A DNA stretch of 64,000 nucleotides from Thermodesulfobacteriota bacterium (lineage in GTDB: Bacteria; Desulfobacterota; Desulfomonilia; Desulfomonilales; Desulfomonilaceae): NCBI GenBank assembly GCA_040753915.1, contig JBFMDN010000012.1, positions 1 through 64,000 on the forward strand, written 5' to 3'. Positions 20,393 to 30,566 of the stretch are shown one piece after another. The notes beneath the pieces are model-generated. The model was not told the origin of the DNA. It did no database searches and worked only from the letters and a program-made list of their open reading frames with translations. Position numbers and translations under genes: made by a program. Every line of letters starts with the position of its first letter. Position 1 is the first letter of the stretch.

Positions 20393-20913
20393 CTTGGAGA
20401 GCCTTCACGATTGAGGTACCGCAATTCATCCGCGATGAATATCCGGCCGGGGACATCAATTGGATCGATTGGCGAGAAATTTTCCCGCAGGTACACGCTA
20501 CTCCCCAATGGACGCATGCGAGCATGATTTGTGCCAAAGTCTCTTACCCGACGGCATACAACCGTCCTCGAGCACAAGCCCACATGTCGGAACCCTCCAG
20601 GCAGGACAGTGCATGGCAATCTCCTGAATTTAGCTCACAATTTCTTGTGGAAGAATCCGGACAGTTCTTATGTGAGGTGACCCCCTGCCCCGTCAACCCG
20701 ATTTTCAGCCGCGGAAGATCCGGGCTTCCTGCAGTCATCGCTGGAGGCTAAACTCCGAATAGTGGCTCAATTTCAGTCACATGGCGGACTCTACGGGCAG
20801 GTGGACGGTCCGCCCTATCTGGCTCATTTGACTTCGTGTAAAGAATGCTGACACCCCGTCAGAGAGAGCCACGTTGGACCCGTGCTCTTTGGAAACGGCA
20901 CAGGTACTGTGAA

Positions 20914-23538
20914 TCACCCGTAAAAGTATATGCCAATGGCTTTGATCAGGATCACTGACAATGTCACGACAACTGCAGCGTGCGAGACAAAGCCGATCAT
21001 TACTTTCCGCGGCGAATCACTGCTGTTGCGGCTGAGACGGTAAATGACCATCAAGCTGAGAACCAGACCTGCAAGGATCACTATCACTTGCGCAGCGTGG
21101 GTGATCGATGGCGAGATCTCTATGGCAACGGCTCGAAAGATCTCGAAGCCGAAGGTTTGCCAGGCCAGCTTCGGCAACTGGGTACCGAGGTGCACCAGAT
21201 AGTACGAATGGAACGCAAGGTACGCAGCTAGGGTGAGAGGAAGGAGCGCCAGACCGAAGCGCGCAAAATTGTCTCGAAAGCCGTCCCCGAAAACGCGGCG
21301 CGAGACCAACGATGCCGCGGCTGTTCCCCCATTGACGCCGAGCACGAGCAGTAGGAAGGTAACGGTAATTCGAGCCGTTTCTCCTAGCGGAAGGTGCGAG
21401 CTCACGTCCGCGTACCACGCCATTCTGACCATCATTTCGCTGAGGAGGCCACCGATCAGCCCGAGGACCAGAAAAGCCGTGCCCGCTCTGGGATTGCGAA
21501 TCTCCCAGATTTCACGGCCGGGCATCCTCAGATTAAGCGTGATGGCATCGTGCGGACAGTTCTTGATGCATTGTGCACATAGGTTGCACCAGCGGTTGCT
21601 ATGGAGTCTGGGACCGGCGTTCCCGAAGGGGCAGCCGTCGTCGGAGTCGGTTCCTACGTAGCACTCGTTCGTCGAACACTGAGAGATACACACATTGCGA
21701 TTTGCCCGCAATTCAATGAGCGAGGTCTTGGCAAGAATGCCGATCATCCCGCCAAGTCCGCAAAGATGCTGGCACCACGACTTGCGCTCGTACACTATTG
21801 CCACGAGTATTGCGGAGGCGAGCATGGCCAAAAGGAGCAGCCCCAGAATAACCGGCGAGCTTCGTATGTCCGTCACGGTCTCGAACCAGATAATAAAGAG
21901 AACCGCTCCTGCCACCACAAAATCACTGTGGAGCTTAAAGAAATCGGGAAACGGTTTACCGAGGTTCACCACGCGTTTTGCCAAATTGCTCATCGTCCCT
22001 ATGGGACAAATCGCGCACCAGGACCGTGCGCCGAGAAATGCTCCGAACATCAGCAAAGGCCACCCCAGGGCCCAACTTATCAGGGAGGCCGGGTTCTTCA
22101 AGGGGTCCGACGGGCCGAAGAACAGTACGGCCAACATAATGACGAAGAAGGGAGCAACAGCACTTTGGAGAATGGCGGGGAACAAAGGGCTTCGAACAGC
22201 CTGCTGCACGGGCTTGAATTGGAGCAGATTGAGCTTACCTTTTCCTTCAAACTTCTTGAGGTCAAATGAGATGTCTTCCGGCCGTAGCACGCCTCCGTGG
22301 GATACGAGGATGGCACGCTTCAGGGTAGTGGCCAGCTCCATGTCATTTCCCGGCCAACGGTAGTTCACAAGGATTTTCAAGGTTTCTTTGGGTAGCTCGG
22401 CCACCGGACGTCGCAGCTCCTGGCAATATTTGGACAGGTAATGGGTGACAAGGCCGGGGATTTCCCTGCGTCTTGTTCTCAGGGGGGGAATGGTGATTGC
22501 CCAATCCAGAAAGGAGTACAGCAAGGGGTGGTCCTCAACCGTAATCTCGGAGGCTTCCAATCGAGTCGTAGCGATGACGCGAACTTTCCCCTTCCTTGAG
22601 CGTACTCCTCCTGACCGACGAAACGTCCCTGTGACAAGAGCTTCGAGAAGCTTCAATTGCATTACGCGAGTAAGCTTGTCCACACCGCGAATCAGCAGGG
22701 TACCGCCTTCCGTCAGATCGAAGTATCCGGGTGACTCCTTCACCCCTCCATCGGGAGCCTGCTCTTCGGCTCCGAAAAAGAGCTCAACCTGCTTTCGAGT
22801 ACGACTCTCCTCGTCCACAGGGATTCCCTCCGGGGATACTCCATCGTTACCACCTATATCCACTCTGAGAAGATCGACCTGGAGGAACACCTCCTTGCCG
22901 TGATGGCTCATTCCGTAGAGGGAATGTGCGATCCCTTCTTTTCCCACACCGGGCTCCCCGATAATCAACACCGGGCAGTCCGAGGTAGCCAATTCCTCGA
23001 CGCGAGCGGTGACCCGCTTTCGGATGTAATCCCCCATGAAGAAGTCCGGGAACACGTGCTCTTGTCGACTTATCATGTCCTGGAGGGCTCGGCGCTTCAT
23101 CTTCGTCTCGAAGATGGTCTGATGCAAACGGATTATCTTGCGCCCGAGACTCGTTACCAACGGAATCGTGAATTCCGGCCCCTGCCTAAGAAGATTCTCG
23201 AAATCCGCGGGGGCTATCTCGATGACCGTGCAAGGTTCCTCTGCCACTACCAGCGAGCTCGAAGGCCATGGACCGCCTATGAAGAAGCTCACCTCAGCGA
23301 AAATGTCCCCCGACCTCAATTCATCGACGATCATTTTCTCGTCGCCTTCGCATAAAACTAGGCTAGCCCTCCCCGAGACGATATAGGTAACGTGATCTCC
23401 CCTGTTACCCGGCCCAACGATGTAATCACCGGTGTGGTACTCTCGAGGAACGACTTTGTCCCTCAGGATCTCTCGGATTGGCTCAGGGAATCGGTCGAGA
23501 GATCTGCCAATGGTCCCGGTGGGGGACAGCTTCCACAT
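20914..23538 (-). CDS. cNMP-binding plus sigma54-activator-like AAA (degenerate) fused to NapH/NosR-type polyferredoxin membrane domain
   Basis: One continuous ORF. Walker A is 'GEPGVGKE'. The NtrC-type 'ELFGHEKGAFTGA' is replaced by 'ELFFGAEEQAPDG', and 'GGTLFLDEI' by 'GGTLLIRGV'. 'NYRWPGNDMEL' is retained. About 450 aa of TM helices follow, with 'SWCAICPIGT' and 'CISQCSTNEC...CNLCAQCIKNCPHD'. Confidence 0.7.
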   Translation of the reverse strand: MWKLSPTGTIGRSLDRFPEPIREILRDKVVPREYHTGDYIVGPGNRGDHVTYIVSGRASLVLCEGDEKMIVDELRSGDIFAEVSFFIGGPWPSSSLVVAEEPCTVIEIAPADFENLLRQGPEFTIPLVTSLGRKIIRLHQTIFETKMKRRALQDMISRQEHVFPDFFMGDYIRKRVTARVEELATSDCPVLIIGEPGVGKEGIAHSLYGMSHHGKEVFLQVDLLRVDIGGNDGVSPEGIPVDEESRTRKQVELFFGAEEQAPDGGVKESPGYFDLTEGGTLLIRGVDKLTRVMQLKLLEALVTGTFRRSGGVRSRKGKVRVIATTRLEASEITVEDHPLLYSFLDWAITIPPLRTRRREIPGLVTHYLSKYCQELRRPVAELPKETLKILVNYRWPGNDMELATTLKRAILVSHGGVLRPEDISFDLKKFEGKGKLNLLQFKPVQQAVRSPLFPAILQSAVAPFFVIMLAVLFFGPSDPLKNPASLISWALGWPLLMFGAFLGARSWCAICPIGTMSNLAKRVVNLGKPFPDFFKLHSDFVVAGAVLFIIWFETVTDIRSSPVILGLLLLAMLASAILVAIVYERKSWCQHLCGLGGMIGILAKTSLIELRANRNVCISQCSTNECYVGTDSDDGCPFGNAGPRLHSNRWCNLCAQCIKNCPHDAITLNLRMPGREIWEIRNPRAGTAFLVLGLIGGLLSEMMVRMAWYADVSSHLPLGETARITVTFLLLVLGVNGGTAAASLVSRRVFGDGFRDNFARFGLALLPLTLAAYLAFHSYYLVHLGTQLPKLAWQTFGFEIFRAVAIEISPSITHAAQVIVILAGLVLSLMVIYRLSRNSSDSPRKVMIGFVSHAAVVVTLSVILIKAIGIYFYG

Positions 23539-23977
23539 GACCGACATCCTCCCTTCTTTTCCCGCACGGGAGCGTAACGCTCTCTCAAGACTTTTACAGG
23601 AATAATTGGTGGTCGGCAATATGATGGGCCTGCCATTTCTCCAGTTCAGCGCGGCGCTCTCAGTCTATGGCTGCGCAACTTGCAGGTGCAAGCCGGAGAC
23701 AATTCTTTGAAGCTCTTTCACGATTGTGCGTCTCCCCCCTCGATGAACCCTGATCTGACCGTCCCGCAAGGCCAATCCGCGAGCAGCCACCGTAGTATAG
23801 GGAGGAAGAATGGTCGACTGTTTCAACCGTGCAGCGAGACTTTGAGCGGAACGTCTACCCGGAGGACGAATGGTTACGCGTGGTTTCGCATTTCCGTTGA
23901 CCCGTGCGACCGCCCACTGTAGAATTGGTTAGTCTACGCTCTCTTTTGATTCTAATTGACGCATTACGTGGGGGGCC

Positions 23978-25231
23978 TTGCTCATGATGGGGCAGGACGA
24001 ATATGGATGCGATCCTCGCGAGGAAACCTCGCAATTGAAGAGAATCGTGTCCGAGCTTGCCGCTGTCAGAGTGCAGCGCGATCGCGCCATGGAGGCGCTG
24101 CGAGGGAGCGAAGGAAGGGCACAGGCACTCCTGGACGCCGCATCTGACGCAGCAACCCTCGTACGAGCTGATGGAACCATACTGGCAGCCAATGAGGTCT
24201 CTGCGCGGGCATTCGGGCTCCCTCTCGATGCCATCATCGGTCGCAATATGTTCGACCTGTATCCTGTCGAGCTCGCCCAAGCACGAAGGACACGGATCGC
24301 TGAAGTGGTTAAATCAGGAGGTCCTGTGCGGTTTGTCGAAGGATGCAGTGAAACCTATGAAGAAATCTTGCTGCATCCCATTCGCGAGGGCGTGGGGCGC
24401 GTCGAGAAGATTGCAGTGTTCTGCAGGGACATAACCAGCCAGGTCCTCACCGAAATCGAGCTCCGTAAAGCAAAAGAAGCCGCCGAGACTGCGGACGTCG
24501 CCAAAAGCCGCTTCCTGGCAAATATGAGTCACGAGCTCCGAACCCCCCTTAATGCCATCATAGGGTTTTCCGAGATTCTTCAAGATGAGCTCTACGGTCC
24601 TCTTACCGACCAGCAAGTCAAGTACGTGGCATATGTGCGGGAGAGCGGGTACCATTTGCTTAGCGTTATCAATGAGATCCTCGATCTGGCAAAGATTGAG
24701 TCAGGTACAATGGATCTCGATTTTTCCGAGGTGTACCTGGCCGATGTCCTGGAAGCCGCCCTCGCCACAGTCAGCGACAAGGCCAAGAGAAATGACATTG
24801 GGCTCGAGGTCGGAATAGATGAATCCTTGAGCAGCATTCCCATTCTGGCGGACGTAACAAAGCTCAAACAGATCCTCTTCAACCTCCTCTCGAATGCCGT
24901 CAAGTTTGCCGCGCCGGGAGGAAACGTGACGCTTACGGCCCAAAGGAATGGAGAGCAATTGAAAATGAGCGTCTCGGACACGGGAATAGGATTGAGGCCT
25001 CAAGACTTGGAGCGCATCTTCGCTCCGTTCGAGCAGTTGGATGGCTCCTACAATAGACGAAGGGGAGGAACCGGACTGGGCCTGGCCCTGACAAAGAATC
25101 TGGTTGAGCTGCACGGGGGTCGGGTCTGGGCGGATAGCGAAGGACTCGGCAAAGGAAGCACCTTCACCGTTGTCATTCCTCTCCCGAAGGAATCGGTTTC
25201 TTTGTTCACTCCCGCAATTGATAGTCCCTAA
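23978..25231 (+). CDS. Cytoplasmic PAS sensor histidine kinase
   Basis: A PAS region, the H-box '[12 protein letters not shown]', and HATPase motifs 'DTGIGL...GGTGLGLAL'. Confidence 0.85.
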   Translation: MLMMGQDEYGCDPREETSQLKRIVSELAAVRVQRDRAMEALRGSEGRAQALLDAASDAATLVRADGTILAANEVSARAFGLPLDAIIGRNMFDLYPVELAQARRTRIAEVVKSGGPVRFVEGCSETYEEILLHPIREGVGRVEKIAVFCRDITSQVLTEIELRKAKEAAETADVAKSRFLANMSHELRTPLNAIIGFSEILQDELYGPLTDQQVKYVAYVRESGYHLLSVINEILDLAKIESGTMDLDFSEVYLADVLEAALATVSDKAKRNDIGLEVGIDESLSSIPILADVTKLKQILFNLLSNAVKFAAPGGNVTLTAQRNGEQLKMSVSDTGIGLRPQDLERIFAPFEQLDGSYNRRRGGTGLGLALTKNLVELHGGRVWADSEGLGKGSTFTVVIPLPKESVSLFTPAIDSP

Positions 25232-25238
25232 GCAATAG

Positions 25239-25604
25239 GATTTCATAAGTACGGTTACGTATTCTGCCACGACTCAGTCGGGGATTTGCGCTCTGAAGGA
25301 GCGCACCTTGAGTAGCCACAGGTTTCAACCTGTGGTTCGGCACGGCACAACCACCAACCGACCCTGAAAGGGTCGACCAAGAGGATTCTCATCGCCAGGT
25401 ATAGGAACCGATCATGAATGAGCCTTGGTTCTCCTGCACTTACATGGTGGACCCCGTCAGGGTCCCCCCTTGTCGGTTTTTTCCTTCCGTGGGTTGAACC
25501 CCACGGCTACTCATGGTATGCCCCTTCGGGGCATGAAGCAATCAATGATCACCATCATTCCTCTTCTTAATAACCCTGAGATACGTAACCGTACTTATGA
25601 AATC
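25239..25604. repeat. MITE-like 366-bp palindromic element with perfect 24-bp terminal inverted repeats
   Basis: 25239-25262 GATTTCATAAGTACGGTTACGTAT is the exact reverse complement of 25581-25604. Mirrored internal hairpins are present (CCACAGGtttcaaCCTGTGG and CCGTGGGttgaaCCCACGG). It fills the intergenic gap between the HK stop (25231) and the truB stop (25650). Confidence 0.6.
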
Positions 25605-25649
25605 GTGTACTAAGCGACCAACGCGTCAGTCAGATCCGTTACCGACGTA

Positions 25650-26594
25650 TCACCCGTTCCCCAGCGTATTAAATACACGGACAGGCTGAACGAGGACATC
25701 CGCGCCCCGCGGCTCACATCGCACGAGGATCACGAGCTTTCCCCTTTCAGAAACAATTTTGAATAGTTGCGACTGTCGAGCAGCCGCCTCGCCGAATCTG
25801 TGCAATACTGACTTCGGAAGGGAGACAGACGCTCCCCGAAGAATTCTCCGTAGCTCCGGGCCAGGAATCTGAAAGTCCTGAATATGGGACAAAGCATTCA
25901 CCACGCTGATCAGGTTTCTCGCTATCGCATCGCGACCGTCCGCGGAGATGTCCTCCACCGTGATAGCGTCGTCCACCAAGAAAGTGCCCGAAGCCAGTCT
26001 TCTGAGCCGATCTAGTCGCCCCCCCACCCCGAGATCGGCCCCGATGTCTCTGGCCAGGGACCTGGCATAGGTCCCTTTGGAACAGATCATTTCCAAATCG
26101 ACGTACGGTGGATCCCAACCCGTAACCTCAAGAGAGAAGATCTCCACCTTGCGCGGCTCCAACTCCGGGAATACTCCCCGACGTGCCAGCTTGTACAGGG
26201 GCACCCCATCTCTCTTGATCGCGGAAAAGTGTGGAGGCACCTGGTCGATCACCCCTCGGTAGGCTCCAAGCACCTGCTCCACGTGCCTTCTGGTTATTCC
26301 GGAAGGATCGCCCGTCCGTATCACGACGCCTTCGCTATCATCGGTATCGGTCTGCTCGCCCAGTTTTACCGTAAGCCTGTAGGTCTTCTTCGCTTCGTCC
26401 AGGTAATCGAGCGATCTCGTTGCCGAGCCAATCAATATCACGATCAAGCCCGTAGCAGCGGGGTCGAGAGTTCCCGTGTGTCCCACTTTGTCCGGTTTCA
26501 CCAGACGCTTGACGAGCCGGACCACATCGTTCGATGTCATGTGCTCTGGTTTGTCGACTAAGAGTATTCCGTGCATGTTCTCTTTCTTTGGCAC
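25650..26594 (-). CDS. truB: tRNA pseudouridine(55) synthase
   Basis: 'HGILLVDKPEHMTSNDVV...GHTGTLDPAATGL' is the canonical TruB catalytic region, and a PUA-like C-terminus is present. Confidence 0.9.
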   Translation of the reverse strand: MPKKENMHGILLVDKPEHMTSNDVVRLVKRLVKPDKVGHTGTLDPAATGLIVILIGSATRSLDYLDEAKKTYRLTVKLGEQTDTDDSEGVVIRTGDPSGITRRHVEQVLGAYRGVIDQVPPHFSAIKRDGVPLYKLARRGVFPELEPRKVEIFSLEVTGWDPPYVDLEMICSKGTYARSLARDIGADLGVGGRLDRLRRLASGTFLVDDAITVEDISADGRDAIARNLISVVNALSHIQDFQIPGPELRRILRGASVSLPKSVLHRFGEAAARQSQLFKIVSERGKLVILVRCEPRGADVLVQPVRVFNTLGNG

Positions 26595-26795
26595 CGGGCT
26601 CTCACGATTCCGTGCACAGCCCAGTTCATGGCAATTGCTGCAACAAAAGTTTCGATCTGGTCCGAAACAACGTGGCTAAGGATCGCTTTTGAGCAAACCG
26701 CTCGCCGCTGGTCCGGAGGATGGCAATCCTCCCCTCCCGATCCGGCGGGGGGCTCATGAGCCTTTGCACGTGCACCGCCATGATCAAACAAGGCA

Positions 26796-27860
26796 TTAGA
26801 ATTGAGGCAAGTTTGGCCAGTATCGCCGGTGAGCCCCGACCACGTCCCGAAGTCGGTTAGCAAAAGAAGGGACCAAGTCCTCGAACGAAGCTTCCATGGG
26901 CACGGACTCGTTGTTCGGATCATACTGGGACAAGCAAGAAATGACTCGGTTCGCTGAATTGCGAAGGGCATCGAGGTTATACCCGCCTTCGAGCGTCATG
27001 ATCAATCGCTCCGAGCAATGGTTTGCTGCCATATGCTGAAGCATCTGGGTCATAAGCTCATACCCGTCCTCGGTCAGCCTCATCCCGCCGAGGGGATCCG
27101 AGTAATGAGCATCGAAGCCTGCAGAGACTAGGATGAGATCAGGCTTGAACGCTTCCATAATGGGGGCAACCACCATATGAAAAACGGTCAAGTATTCTGC
27201 ATCCCCGGCTCCTCCGGCCAGGGGGATGTTGACCGTATAGCCTTCTCCCTCGGCTTTGCCCACTTCCGCGATCCTGCCGGTTCCCGGGTAATGCGGGAAT
27301 TGATGCGCGGAGAAAAATAGAACCTGATTTGTCTCGTAAAACGCGTTTTGGGTCCCGTTCCCGTGATGCAAGTCCCAGTCGACAACCGCCACGCGGCGCA
27401 TGCCGTGGACTCGCAAGGCGTACCGCGCTGCCAATGCGATATTGTTGAACAAACAGAATCCCATAGCACGTCTGTACTCGGCATGATGGCCGGGAGGCCG
27501 AACCATTGCAAAACCGTTCCGCACTGTTCCGCCGACCACAGCGTCTACCAGGTTGAAGAGGCCTCCCACCGCCTTAGAGGCAGCTTCCCACGAATACGCG
27601 CATGTGGAGGTATCCGGATCCAGGTACGTGTGGGGCCGGTTGGCAGTTGCCGCAATCTGTTCCACATAGCGACGGTCATGATTCATTGAGATCTCTTCAA
27701 TCGTGGCCATGCGTGCAGGGATGTCCACCAAATTGAGCCGAGTTCGCTCCTGTTCCAGCATCTCGTAAATAACATTGAGCCGTTCGGGGCTTTCCGGGTG
27801 AAAACTCCCCATTTCGTGCTGGAGATAAATCGAGTCTGTGATAATACCGGTAGGTTTCAT
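26796..27860 (-). CDS. Histone deacetylase-family protein (AcuC/acetylpolyamine amidohydrolase-like)
   Basis: 'HHGNG', 'GFC..N' and 'DWDLHHGNGTQ' arginase/deacetylase-fold motifs are present. The start was chosen at an ATG with a GAAGG RBS. Confidence 0.8.
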   Translation of the reverse strand: MKPTGIITDSIYLQHEMGSFHPESPERLNVIYEMLEQERTRLNLVDIPARMATIEEISMNHDRRYVEQIAATANRPHTYLDPDTSTCAYSWEAASKAVGGLFNLVDAVVGGTVRNGFAMVRPPGHHAEYRRAMGFCLFNNIALAARYALRVHGMRRVAVVDWDLHHGNGTQNAFYETNQVLFFSAHQFPHYPGTGRIAEVGKAEGEGYTVNIPLAGGAGDAEYLTVFHMVVAPIMEAFKPDLILVSAGFDAHYSDPLGGMRLTEDGYELMTQMLQHMAANHCSERLIMTLEGGYNLDALRNSANRVISCLSQYDPNNESVPMEASFEDLVPSFANRLRDVVGAHRRYWPNLPQF

Positions 27861-28113
27861 ACATTGACCTTCTTGGGTATCTGCGAGCCCGACTCCGCCA
27901 TTGGCGCGTCTCTCCAAATTGTGCATTATACCGAATATTTAACCCTATCACTTGGAGTCCCATCCGTCAATTCTTTTCACAAAGCGTCAGCGTGCCACGT
28001 GTCCATTGCCGTATGTCCATCGAACCTCCGAAAATTCTCCTTTCCTTGGACACGCTTTGCACGTATGCTCGGACTATACCCAGTCTCGCTGACACGTGGG
28101 GAGACAAACGGAA

Positions 28114-28893
28114 ATGCTGCTGGCAATAGACGTGGGAAACACCCACACGGTTATCGGAGTTTATGACGGTCCGAACAGGCTCGGAAGTTGGCGCATTCAG
28201 ACCGTTGAAGGCGGTACCGCAGAAGAATACTGGATCAAGCTCACCAACTTAACGATGATGGGCAATATTGACGCATCCAAGATCGATGGAGTCATCATCT
28301 CTTGCGTGGTCCCTCCCCTCATCAGCGCGCTGGGAGAGCTTTGCAGCGATTTTCTCAAAGTCCGTCCCCTTTTCGTCGGACCCGGCATGAAAACGGGCAT
28401 GCCGATCAGGTACGACAATCCACGGGAAGTGGGAGCCGATAGGATTGTGAACGCTGTCGCAGCTTATGAGAAGTACAAGTGCGAATTGATAGCCGTAGAT
28501 TTCGGGACCGCCACAACGTTCGATTACATAAACGCTGCCGGAGAATACGAAGGAGGAGTCATAGCTCCAGGGGTCAAAATCGCTGCGGAAGCCCTATTTC
28601 ACAAGGCGTCAAAATTGTTCAGAGTCGAAATGGTCGCTCCAGAACGCGTCATTGCAAAAGACACCGCGTCAGCTATTCAATCCGGCATCGTTTACGGGTA
28701 CGCGTCCCTTGTTGACGGCATACTATCAAAGATGTTTCAGGAGCTCGGCGCCAGACCCAAGGTGATAGCCACAGGTGGGCTTGCGCCAGTCATCGTGGAA
28801 CACACCGAGAACGTGGACGTGATCGAAAAGGACCTGACCATGGACGGCCTCAGGATCCTCTATGCGCGCAACGTCCCTGCCAAGAAAGGCTGA
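28114..28893 (+). CDS. coaX: Type III pantothenate kinase
   Basis: 'MLLAIDVGNTHTVIGV...GADRIVNAVAA...VIATGGLA' matches the CoaX family. Confidence 0.9.
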   Translation: MLLAIDVGNTHTVIGVYDGPNRLGSWRIQTVEGGTAEEYWIKLTNLTMMGNIDASKIDGVIISCVVPPLISALGELCSDFLKVRPLFVGPGMKTGMPIRYDNPREVGADRIVNAVAAYEKYKCELIAVDFGTATTFDYINAAGEYEGGVIAPGVKIAAEALFHKASKLFRVEMVAPERVIAKDTASAIQSGIVYGYASLVDGILSKMFQELGARPKVIATGGLAPVIVEHTENVDVIEKDLTMDGLRILYARNVPAKKG

Positions 28894-29230
28894 TCGCTGA
28901 CGGTTGCAGCAGTGGCAGAATTCGGTACGCTGCTGCTGAAAGCTGCATAGGTTGGCAGGCACGTCAGTATGACAATCGCTTAAGACATTACCAAAAGTAC
29001 TATGAGCTCCCCGCGTGTCGAGGACATTTATGGGAGGATTACAGACCGGTGGGACGGGCATCTCGCCGTCATTGTCGAACCGGAGAAACGGACATAATTA
29101 TTGGCAACCACTATGACACACGAACACCGGCGAGATGCCGGCGCTACGGGAGAATCGTGACGACCTCCCTGCGGTCAGGACCGGTCACTAACCTGCCCTT
29201 CCCTGAACAGGGATGAAGTAAGTCCGCGAC

Positions 29231-29420
29231 CTTATTCATGAAACGGTGTACTAAGTGGTCGACGGCACAAATACGGTACCGTATCTGCACCGCGGTGTAC
29301 ATGGTGAACGCATCGTTGGCACTGTAGGGGCGGGCCTCGTGCCCGCCCTGGGCACCCATATGAGGTGCCCCTACGTCGTGGCAGATTACGTGACCGTATT
29401 TAGGAAATGGAGCACTAAGT
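29231..29420. repeat. Second, shorter palindromic element related to the 25.2-kb MITE-like repeat
   Basis: The boxes 'CTTATTCATGAAACGGTGTACTAAG' and 'GGAAATGGAGCACTAAG' flank an element with the palindrome ATACGGTACCGTAT (29271-29284) and GC hairpins. The arms 'TACGGTACCGTATCTGCACC' and 'GTCGTGGCAGATTACGTGACCGTAT' resemble the 24-bp TIR of the first element. Confidence 0.5.
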
Positions 29421-30310
29421 TACGCTCGAACACCGAAGAGATCGTTCGCATTGCTGCCGAGTATCCGCTCGAGCACCGCATCAGACAGCCCTAGCTTGCT
29501 CAGGTTTTTCAACTCTCGATCCCAGGCATAGGGAATATTAGGGAAGTCCGTTCCATACATTACACGATCCGGCCGAATCTCCCAGAGCGATGGTATGTCA
29601 GTCACCGGCAAGTAGTCAGCGAGAATCATTGCCGTGTCCACCCACAGATTGTCGTACCGTTCCAGCATATGTTTGTACGAGCCGAACTCGTCTGCCCCCA
29701 GATGAGGCACGCACACTCGCAGCCGAGGATAATCTCTCAGCACAGGTTCCAGCTTGTCGGCCCTGCACGTGGTGTAAGGATCCTCAACATACTCAACGTA
29801 CGGGTTGCGCGGTTCACGCCCCACGTGCATGACCAGGGGCTTGTCGAACGCCTGGCACGTGGCGTAGATCTCGTGCATCGCCGCGGTATCCATGAAAAAC
29901 CCCTGCACGTGCGCGTGCAATTTCACGCCCGCCAGACCGGACTTGAATGCTTCCTCCAGAATGGCTGAAGCTCCTTCTTCTCCAGGAAAGACCGTTGCCG
30001 TACCGATCACTCGGGGATTATCCCGGCACACCGCGGCCATATATGCGTTCAGATGTCTGGCGAGGCCCGGTCTGTGGGCATAGTGTAGAGCCACGATGCG
30101 CTCCACACCTCTGGACAAGAGAAACTCAACGATAGAGGAAGAGGGAATCCTGTACCTGATTGACCAGGCAAAGCGGTCAAACCAGCTCCAGATTGCTTGA
30201 AACAGATTGTCGGGGAAAAGATGAACGTGCGCGTCCACCACAGGTGGCAGTCCCTCCGGAATGCGATCGGATTCCGGATCGTCCATGGAATGCAGTGGAA
30301 AAGTGAGCAT
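29420..30310 (-). CDS. Amidohydrolase-2 (TIM-barrel metal-dependent hydrolase) family protein
   Basis: 'VVDAHVHLFP', 'HLGADEFGS' and 'GTDFPN' motifs are present. Confidence 0.6.
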   Translation of the reverse strand: MLTFPLHSMDDPESDRIPEGLPPVVDAHVHLFPDNLFQAIWSWFDRFAWSIRYRIPSSSIVEFLLSRGVERIVALHYAHRPGLARHLNAYMAAVCRDNPRVIGTATVFPGEEGASAILEEAFKSGLAGVKLHAHVQGFFMDTAAMHEIYATCQAFDKPLVMHVGREPRNPYVEYVEDPYTTCRADKLEPVLRDYPRLRVCVPHLGADEFGSYKHMLERYDNLWVDTAMILADYLPVTDIPSLWEIRPDRVMYGTDFPNIPYAWDRELKNLSKLGLSDAVLERILGSNANDLFGVRA

Positions 30311-30507
30311 CTTGAATTCGCCCCTGGAAATGCAAAACCTCCGGGACCCCATCGCTTATCCCGGAGGTTTCTGAGCTCTGATCGCACCGGGGGGAGGAGC
30401 GACAGCGCTCATTTACATCTTATACATTCTTAGTAACAAGGCAACCCCATTTCGCGGCTTTTCCCAATTACCCCGCCCTCCACTCGGTAACAAGGATTCG
30501 GCTCAGA

Positions 30508-30538
30508 GCCCCGCCACGGATGCATATCCGCGGCGGGG
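30508..30538 (-). terminator. GC-rich hairpin downstream of fhs (possible terminator, no U-tract)
   Basis: GCCCCGCCACGG-atgcatat-CCGCGGCGGGG lies immediately 3' of the fhs stop on the minus strand. Confidence 0.25.
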
Positions 30539-30566
30539 TAGGGTTCGGTGCGTCCAAGAGTAACCG

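Noticed and set aside
21601-22363. Two 222-aa plus-strand ORFs
   Set aside because: They are antisense to the NapH-like membrane domain, which has a strong codon and hydrophobicity signal on the minus strand.
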